Shown piece after piece: positions 35,317-41,865 of a stretch of 64,000 bases of DNA. Origin of the DNA: Acidobacteriota bacterium (GTDB lineage Bacteria; Acidobacteriota; Vicinamibacteria; Vicinamibacterales; Fen-181); NCBI GenBank assembly GCA_017883185.1, contig JADGOB010000005.1, positions 1,644 to 65,643 on the forward strand. Reading direction: 5' to 3'. Every line of letters starts with the position of its first letter. The stretch's first letter is position 1. Both the position numbers and the translations under genes were made by a program. The notes under the pieces were generated by a model, which had not been told where the DNA came from, searched no databases, and saw nothing but the letters and a program-made list of their open reading frames with translations.

Positions 35317-35328
35317 CGCCCCATTCTA

Positions 35329-35393
35329 CCCGCCTTCGCCGCGGGGCGGCTACGGCGTGGCCCGCCCGCCTTCGCCACGGGGCGGCGACGGCG
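35329..35393. repeat. two 29-bp direct repeats (period 36) in the oppD-like/padR divergent region
   Basis: CCCGCCTTCGCCGCGGGGCGGCTACGGCG (35329-35357) and CCCGCCTTCGCCACGGGGCGGCGACGGCG (35365-35393) differ at 2 positions. Confidence 0.7.
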
Positions 35394-35443
35394 CGGCGTT
35401 CGCAGGCTGGCGGCAGTGAGGCGCGTGTCGCTGAAGAGGTAGA

Positions 35444-35480
35444 CATCCTACAGCCCTGGATGTAGGATGCCTACATCCTA
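35444..35480. promoter_or_regulatory. candidate PadR operator (three 9-bp half-sites)
   Basis: CATCCTACA (35444-52), its perfect inverted copy TGTAGGATG (35461-69), and TACATCCTA (35472-80), which abuts the padR ATG. It contains an ATGT...ACAT arrangement. Confidence 0.45.
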
Positions 35481-35845
35481 TGGCCAAGAGCGACCGCTAT
35501 CAGAACCGCATCGAGTTGCTCCAGGGGACGCTCGACTTCCTCGTCCTCCAGACGCTCCAGTGGGGGCGACAACACGGATACGGCATCAGCCAGGTGATCC
35601 GGATCAACTCGGGCGACGTCCTGCACGTCGACACCGGCTCGCTGTACCCCGCGCTGCATCGGCTCGAGCGGCGAGGCTGGATTGCCGCCGAGTGGCGGTT
35701 GTCGGAGAACAACCAGCGGGTCAGGACTTACGGCCTGACGGCTGCGGGCAAGAAGCAGCTCGTTCACGAGCGGTCCCGGTGGCGGCAGTTGACCCAGGCG
35801 GTCGCGGGCGTGATGAATCCCGACGCGACGGAGAGCGGAGTATGA
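35480..35845 (+). CDS. PadR family transcriptional regulator
   Basis: LLQGTLDFLVLQTLQWGRQHGYGISQVI...GSLYPALHRLERRGWI is a classic PadR winged helix. Confidence 0.9.
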   Translation: MAKSDRYQNRIELLQGTLDFLVLQTLQWGRQHGYGISQVIRINSGDVLHVDTGSLYPALHRLERRGWIAAEWRLSENNQRVRTYGLTAAGKKQLVHERSRWRQLTQAVAGVMNPDATESGV

Positions 35846-36312
35846 CGCGCCCGTCCTGGCGTCGGCGGAGGCGCGACGAGGAGTTGAGCGAGGAGCTCCA
35901 GGGCCACCTGCGGATGGCGATTCGCGATCGGATTGCCCGGGGCGAATCACCCGAGGAGGCTGCTGATTCAGCCCGCCGCGAGTTCGGCAACGTCGACCTG
36001 GTTGCCGAGGTCACGCGGGACATGTGGGGATGGCGGTGGCTCGACCAGTTCGCGCGCGATGTGCGGCATACCCTGCGGACGATGCGCCGCAGCCCGGGGT
36101 ACACCGCGATCGTGCCGACCACAATCATTGGCGTGGTCGGGGACGTCAGGCAGTCGGACCTGGTGACCGAGATTCGGCCAATGGCGTACTGGCCGCACCC
36201 GCAGCTGCCATACTCGGCGATGACACTGGCCGTGCGCACCTCGGGTGAGCGACTCGCGATGGTGCCGCTCGTCGAACATGAGATTCGCGGCCTCGACCCG
36301 GACCAGCAGTAA
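35842..36312 (+). pseudogene. remnant of an ADOP-family (MacB/FtsX-like duplicated) permease gene
   Basis: ATGA-coupled to padR. The N-terminus (RRDEELSEELQGHLRMAIRDRIARGESPEEAADSARREFGNV...RDVRHTLRTMRRSPGYTAIV) is the typical ADOP leader. It then jumps directly to IIGVVGDVRQ...YWPHPQLPYSAMTLAVRTSG and stops (TAA TGA). No TM segment remains. Confidence 0.6.
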
Positions 36313-36513
36313 TGACGCTCCTCCGCCGCAGGGGCCGTCACTGTCGGTTCCTTGACACCCCGGGATCCCGCCCGTAGAATGCGGAGCACGAGCGGCCGCT
36401 TGCGAGGCGACGCCCGATTCACCCCGCAATCATTCACATCGTGCGTTCCGTCGGGTTCAGCCAGAAAGTGTCAGGGGGCCAGACCAGGCCGGCGGCCAGA
36501 TAGGGGAGCAGCT

Positions 36514-36822
36514 GTGGACGAAGCTGTGAACCGGTACGCTCGAGAACTTGTCGATGCGATCAATGCCGCCGTGGCGCAGGACCCTGCGGTGCAGGCATGC
36601 CGTGATCGGGTGCGCGCGGCGGGTTTCGAACTCGAAGTGTCGCTCGAAGCGGTCGTGGGCTTCGTCGATCGCAGCCAGCCGGTTGCCCGGACTGGCACGG
36701 CTACCATCCCTCCCGCGCGCCGGCTGATGCCGGCGCAGCGGTCCCATGAAGTCACCGCGGCGGACCGGAGATTCCTGCGGTCCCTTCGCATCGCCGCGGC
36801 CGAAACCACCGAAGAAGTGTAG
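36514..36822 (+). CDS. small hypothetical protein
   Basis: In-frame GTG preceded by AGGGGAG. The GC3-rich frame persists for 102 codons. I recognised no similarity. Confidence 0.35.
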   Translation: MDEAVNRYARELVDAINAAVAQDPAVQACRDRVRAAGFELEVSLEAVVGFVDRSQPVARTGTATIPPARRLMPAQRSHEVTAADRRFLRSLRIAAAETTEEV

Positions 36823-36866
36823 GGCGGGGCTCTGGCTCCCCCGGACGGCGGGCCTGAAGGCCCGCC

Positions 36867-38165
36867 CTACATCTCCTGTCCTGCCGTCTCCACCGTGGCG
36901 CGCTGGTCGGCCTCGGCTTCCAGTTGCAGCGCCTCGGGCTCGATCTCGCGGACGGCCGGTTTGTCATCGCGCGTCACCACCACGATGCCCTGGTCGGTCA
37001 CCGTGTGGCGGCGGCGGTCGTCTTCCAGGTTGTATCCGACCAGCGCGCCGCGCGGGATGAACACGTCGCGGTCCACGATGACGCGTCGCAACCGCGCATG
37101 ACGCCCGACCCGGACGCCGGGCATCAGGATGCCCTGGTCGATGTCAGAGAAGCTGTGCACCCGGACGTTCGGGCACAGGATGCTTCCCGAGATCCGGCTT
37201 CCGGACACGATGCAGCCAGGCGAGATGATCGAGTCGAGCGCGTGCCCGCAGCGTCCTCCCTTTTCCGCGAACACGAACTTGGCGGGAGGCGCCTGAGGTT
37301 GGTAGGTCCGCAGCGGCCACTCGGGATCGTACAGGTTGAAATCCGGGCTGACGCGGACGAGGTCCATGCTGGCCTCGAAGTACGCGTCCAGTGTCCCGAT
37401 GTCGCGCCAGTACTTCGCGGTCTTCTTGTTCTCGTCGTAGAACCGGTAGGAGAAGACGGGCACGGCGCCGATGAGCGCCGGGATGATGTCGTTCCCGAAA
37501 TCGTGCGTCGTGTCGCGTCCCGCGTCCGCCTCGAGCGCGCGGATCAGCACGTCCCCTTCGAAGATGTAGATCCCCATCGACGCGAGCGCGAGGTGCGGGG
37601 CGCCCGGGATCGGCATCGGGTTCTTCGGCTTTTCCTGGAACCCGATCACGCGGTCGTCCTCGTCCACCTGCGCGATGCCGAACCGCTGCGACTCCTCGAG
37701 GGGCATCTCAATGGTCGAGATCGTCACCGCCGCCTGCCGGTCGCGGTGGAACCGCAGCATCTTGGCGTAGTCCATCTTGTACACGTGATCGCCAGCGAGG
37801 ACGATCACCTGGCGCGGATTCTCGCGCACGATGGAGTAGAGGTTCTGGTACACCGCGTCCGCCGTCCCCAGGTACCAGTTCTCGCCCACGCGCTTCTGCG
37901 GCGGCAGGATCTCGATGAACTCCCCGAGTTCCTCCGACACGATGCTCCAGCCCATGCGGATATGGCGATTGAGCGAGAGCGACTTGTACTGGGTGGCGAT
38001 GAAGATGCGGCGGAGCCCCGAGTTGAGGCAGTTGCTCAGGACGAAATCGATGATCCGGTAGGGGCCGCCGAAGTAGATCGCCGGCTTCGCGCGTTCCTGC
38101 GTCAGCGGGTGCAGCCGCTCGCCCGCGCCGCCGGCCAGAATGATGACCATTGCTTCATCAAGCAT
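36867..38165 (-). CDS. glgC: glucose-1-phosphate adenylyltransferase
   Basis: Starts at MLDEAMVIILAGGAGERLHPLTQERAKPAIYFGGPYRIIDFVLSNCLNSG, which is a textbook GlgC. Confidence 0.95.
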   Translation of the reverse strand: MLDEAMVIILAGGAGERLHPLTQERAKPAIYFGGPYRIIDFVLSNCLNSGLRRIFIATQYKSLSLNRHIRMGWSIVSEELGEFIEILPPQKRVGENWYLGTADAVYQNLYSIVRENPRQVIVLAGDHVYKMDYAKMLRFHRDRQAAVTISTIEMPLEESQRFGIAQVDEDDRVIGFQEKPKNPMPIPGAPHLALASMGIYIFEGDVLIRALEADAGRDTTHDFGNDIIPALIGAVPVFSYRFYDENKKTAKYWRDIGTLDAYFEASMDLVRVSPDFNLYDPEWPLRTYQPQAPPAKFVFAEKGGRCGHALDSIISPGCIVSGSRISGSILCPNVRVHSFSDIDQGILMPGVRVGRHARLRRVIVDRDVFIPRGALVGYNLEDDRRRHTVTDQGIVVVTRDDKPAVREIEPEALQLEAEADQRATVETAGQEM

Positions 38166-38311
38166 GGGCACTCCCCAGGAAACTGCCATCATAGCACGCG
38201 CCCCGGGGACAGGCCTACTGACGAGCTGGCTGATTTTTGACTTTCCGGCCGGCGGGCGACTATGATCTTAAAGATTCGTCATTTTCGACGCACATTGGGA
38301 GTAGAGTCGTC

Positions 38312-39451
38312 ATGCATATCCGTACCCGGGTGCTGGCTGTATCCAGCGCCTTCGCCGTCGCGCTGTTGGTGACCGCCCTCGCTATCTCCGCGCAGGACAA
38401 GAAACCCGCCGCGAAACCTGACAAGGCCCTCCAGGCCGAGACCGCCGCGGTCGTGAAGATCGTGGACGATGTCGTCGCCGGTCAGCCGGCGCCGGCGGAT
38501 TTCAAGTTCACCTGGACCAACCACTCGATGAAGAGCCGGGATGGCAAGGCGTATGTGCCGTTCATGCTGACGTTTGAGAAGGGGCAGGTGCTTCCGACCG
38601 GCGTCACCTACTATCTTCGCGCGGTCAGCCGGGCCACCGTCGGGGATACGCAGAAGGCGATGGCCGCGCACAAGGCGGCCGTTGACAAGGCGGCCAACGC
38701 TGCGAGGTTGGACCCGGAGAACACCGAACTCGCAGAGGCCGAGGCCAGGGCCCGCGCCTCGGCTCCCAAGGTGGAGTACGCGTTCGAGGACCTGAAGTTC
38801 GTGGATTTCAACGCGCAGGGTGGCTCGTTCTTCCGGATGCCCGCGGCCATGGGCGTCGCGGCTGGTGACTACGACGTCTACGTGCTGGTCAAGGAACGCG
38901 TGGCCAACCAGAAGGACAAGAAGGCGCAGCCGCGTGCCGGCATGCTCAAGGTCGCCCTGACGGTCCCAAACTACTGGAGCGAGGAGTTGATGATCAGCTC
39001 GGTGATTGTCACCAACAGCATCCAGCAGTTGACGGCTCAGCCGACCGATGCCGAGTTGGCGAAAGACCCGTACATCTTTGGCCTCACCAAGGCCACGCCG
39101 CCGGTCGAGGCGAAGTTCTCCAAGAAGGACGAGTTGTCGATCCTCTTCTACATCTACAACTCGGGACTCGACAAGACGACGGGTAAACCCGACCTGACGG
39201 TGGACTACAACTTCTACAACAAGGTTGAGGGGGCCGAGAAGTTCTTCAACAAGACGAGTCCGCAGGCGATGAATGCGTCAACGCTCGGTCCGCAGTTCGA
39301 CGTGAAGGCGGGCCACCAGTTGCTCGGCGGCCAGGGGATCCCGCTCGCGAGCTTCCCCGAAGGCGACTATCGGCTCGAGATCAAGATCGTCGACAAGGTG
39401 ACGGGTAAGACGAAGATCGAGAACTCGCTGTTCACCGTCACGGCGGGGTGA
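38312..39451 (+). CDS. secreted hypothetical protein
   Basis: Real part of ORF 38237..39451. It has the signal peptide MHIRTRVLAVSSAFAVALLVTALAISAQ and a Lys-rich beta-rich C-terminal half. I recognised no family. Confidence 0.55.
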   Translation: MHIRTRVLAVSSAFAVALLVTALAISAQDKKPAAKPDKALQAETAAVVKIVDDVVAGQPAPADFKFTWTNHSMKSRDGKAYVPFMLTFEKGQVLPTGVTYYLRAVSRATVGDTQKAMAAHKAAVDKAANAARLDPENTELAEAEARARASAPKVEYAFEDLKFVDFNAQGGSFFRMPAAMGVAAGDYDVYVLVKERVANQKDKKAQPRAGMLKVALTVPNYWSEELMISSVIVTNSIQQLTAQPTDAELAKDPYIFGLTKATPPVEAKFSKKDELSILFYIYNSGLDKTTGKPDLTVDYNFYNKVEGAEKFFNKTSPQAMNASTLGPQFDVKAGHQLLGGQGIPLASFPEGDYRLEIKIVDKVTGKTKIENSLFTVTAG

Positions 39452-39455
39452 CGGA

Positions 39456-39538
39456 CAGGCCGTTCGCGGTGCGGCCTGCCCGGACGGGTACCGCCGGGCG
39501 CGAACGCCCGGCAGAGCGGGCCCGGGATCACTCCCGGG
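39456..39538 (+). other. three consecutive 7-bp GC hairpins
   Basis: CAGGCCG-N9-CGGCCTG (39456-78), CCGGGCG-CGAA-CGCCCGG (39494-511) and CCCGGGA-TCAC-TCCCGGG (39521-38). Confidence 0.5.
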
Positions 39539-39554
39539 TCGCGAAGGCCATGTT

Positions 39555-41495
39555 ATGAACCGCCTCTTCGCACTCGTCGGGTCTGCGGTCGTCGTCGGCC
39601 TGGTGGAGTGGTCCCCCGCCGCGCTGGCCCAGTCCGGCGCTCCTCGCCTCGTCGCTGACGGGCAGGTGCGGCGCGTCGCTTTTGCGCTGTCCGGCACTAT
39701 CGAAGGGATCGTCGTAGACGAGCGCGGGAATCCCCTCGCCGGGGCGATGGTTTCCGCGCTCGGCTCGACCAGCGCCCTGGCGGTGACAGACCGCGGTGGG
39801 GCGTTCGTGCTCCGCGCCCTTCCGGCCGGAGCCTACATGGTGCGGGCGCACCTCTCCGGCTTCGCCCCGTCGCGGCGCCAGTTCGTCGAAGTGCGTTCCA
39901 CCGCGCCCGCTCGCTTCACGGCCACGCTGCAGCGCTCGACAGCGCTCGCGTCGGCGCCTCAACCCAAGACACCGCCGCCGCCGCCCAAGGTCCTGTCTGC
40001 AGGCCTCGTGCCCCTCGGTTCCGAGTTTGGTCCTCTCCGGCTCGACCCGCTTGACCTCAAGGAAGATCCGGCGACCGCGTCGGAGGATCGCTCGGAGAAA
40101 GCCTGGCGGATTCGCCACCTGCCGCGCAGCGTCCTCAAGGAAACCACCGAGCGCGTGGCACGGGCCCCCGGCAACGCCGGAGCGGTTCAGAAGGGACAAC
40201 CGGGCACGGCCGCGGCTATCGCTCGGGCGATGGGGGCCCCGGCACGGCTCCTGGCCGACCTGCCGCTGACCGGCCAGGTCAACTTCCTGACCTCCGGGTC
40301 GTTCGACGGCGGTCCGAGCCTGGCATCGTCTGACAGCACGGTCCGCGGCACCGCGTACCTCGCGGTGGCGGGGCCTGCCTGGCGCTACGGCGACTGGTCG
40401 GCGCGGCTCGTCACCCAGGCCGACTTCGGGTCGTGGTTCCTGGCCGGCGCATTCCGGAACCGCGCGCCGTCACGCCATCTCTACGACGTCGGCTTCTCGT
40501 ACAGCACGCAGAGAATGCCGGCGACGACGACGCTCGCCCGATGGGCGCTCGCGCGCACTGAGGAGGCTGGTCGCGCAGCGGGTTCGATCTACGGCGTCGG
40601 TCGGCTGGTGTTGTCGCCGCGGTTGGTGGTGGACTACGGTGGCCGCTACTCCCGCTACGACTACCTCGGCGGAGCCGGCCTTTTCAGCCCGAGCGTGACC
40701 GTCACCCTGGTGCCGCTCGACCGGTTCCGCATCCGGGCGGGCGCGTCCCGCAGGATGCTGGCGCCCGGCGCCGAGGAGTTCCTGGAACCGTTGACGGCAG
40801 GGCTGTGGGTGCCGCCCGAGCGGACATTCGTCGGGTTCTCCCCGATGGTCCCCGAACGGACGACGCAGTACGAGGTGGCCATCGAGCACGACCTCACGCC
40901 GCGCGTGATACTGGCGTTCCGATCGTTCCAACAGAACACCACCGACCAGCTGGTGGCCTTTTTCAGCGGCGTGCCGTCGGGCCAGGAACAGCGTCACTAC
41001 GGCATCGGCAACGCCGGCGACCTGGTGGCTCGCGGCTGGAGCATCGGGGTGACGCATCGTCTCCTCTCCCGGTTGCGCGGTTCCATCGCCTACGGGATCA
41101 CCGAGGCCAGGTGGCTGCCTGGCTCCGCGTCAGGGCGGGAACTCCTGCTGCTCGGCTTCGCGCCGCGCGCCGAGGGCGAGCGCCTGCACGACGTGACGAC
41201 GTCGGTTGAAACGGACATTCCGATCATCGCGACACACGTCTACCTGACCTACAAGATCAACACGGGATTTGCGCGACGTGAATCCGACTGGACCAGGGCG
41301 GGCCTCGACTCCCGCTTCGACCTCCAGGTGACTCAGCGCCTGCCGTTCCTCGACTTCACGTCTGCCCAGTGGCAGGTCCTGGTGGCGGTCAAGAACCTGT
41401 TCCGCGATACCACCCGTGACAGTTCCGTCTACGACGAACTGCTCGTCGTCAGGCCGCCAACCCGCGTGCTGGGAGGCGTGGTGGTGAGGTTCTGA
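39555..41495 (+). CDS. outer-membrane protein with N-terminal carboxypeptidase-regulatory-like domain and beta-barrel
   Basis: Signal peptide ...PAALAQS. The CarboxypepD_reg-like segment is GTIEGIVVDERGNPLAGAMVSALG...AGAYMVRAHLSGF. The C-terminus ends in VVVRF. Confidence 0.7.
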   Translation: MNRLFALVGSAVVVGLVEWSPAALAQSGAPRLVADGQVRRVAFALSGTIEGIVVDERGNPLAGAMVSALGSTSALAVTDRGGAFVLRALPAGAYMVRAHLSGFAPSRRQFVEVRSTAPARFTATLQRSTALASAPQPKTPPPPPKVLSAGLVPLGSEFGPLRLDPLDLKEDPATASEDRSEKAWRIRHLPRSVLKETTERVARAPGNAGAVQKGQPGTAAAIARAMGAPARLLADLPLTGQVNFLTSGSFDGGPSLASSDSTVRGTAYLAVAGPAWRYGDWSARLVTQADFGSWFLAGAFRNRAPSRHLYDVGFSYSTQRMPATTTLARWALARTEEAGRAAGSIYGVGRLVLSPRLVVDYGGRYSRYDYLGGAGLFSPSVTVTLVPLDRFRIRAGASRRMLAPGAEEFLEPLTAGLWVPPERTFVGFSPMVPERTTQYEVAIEHDLTPRVILAFRSFQQNTTDQLVAFFSGVPSGQEQRHYGIGNAGDLVARGWSIGVTHRLLSRLRGSIAYGITEARWLPGSASGRELLLLGFAPRAEGERLHDVTTSVETDIPIIATHVYLTYKINTGFARRESDWTRAGLDSRFDLQVTQRLPFLDFTSAQWQVLVAVKNLFRDTTRDSSVYDELLVVRPPTRVLGGVVVRF

Positions 41496-41502
41496 GACGC
41501 TG

Positions 41503-41534
41503 GAATCCGGGAATCTGTGAATTCGGGAATAGCG
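41503..41534 (+). repeat. four tandem octamers GAATCCGG GAATCTGT GAATTCGG GAATAGCG
   Basis: Starts 8 nt after the TGA at 41493-41495 and abuts the hairpin at 41534-41566. Confidence 0.7.
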
Positions 41535-41566
41535 ATGACGAGGCGGGCTTGGGGCCCGCCTTCATC
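41534..41566 (+). terminator. possible terminator hairpin after the OM protein gene
   Basis: GATGA(CG)AGGCGGGC-TTGGG-GCCCGCCTTCATC forms a 13-bp stem with a 2-nt bulge. The only T-run (TTTTTT at 41587-92) is 20 nt downstream, so the terminator call is uncertain. Confidence 0.4.
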
Positions 41567-41780
41567 GTCTCCAAAGAGAGATCCACTTTTTTGGAGCACC
41601 GCTCCATCGAGTTGGAGCAGGGCTGAATCTTTCTTTCGCTAGTTGACGATAAATGGCTTATCGCCGATATCTTGCAGGCACCTCGGAGGACGGAAGCCGT
41701 GGTACGCCGATTGCTACCTCGACGACCTGACCCGGCCGAGCGGAACCAAAGAGGCGTGGCCGGTCAACCGGCCGCGTCTA

Positions 41781-41848
41781 AGACAGATTCCAGGGACCCC
41801 ACAGAAAATTGCTTCAACCGTGAAGATCTCAGCCCTGGAAGGATGTCT
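41781..41848 (+). promoter_or_regulatory. 68-nt inverted-repeat-bounded conserved element, copy B
   Basis: AGACAGATTCCAGGG ACCCCACAGAAAATTGCTTCAACCGTGAAGATCTCAG CCCTGGAAGGATGTCT. It ends 17 nt before the ATG at 41866. Confidence 0.6.
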
Positions 41849-41865
41849 CGTGTAGCGATTCGGCG

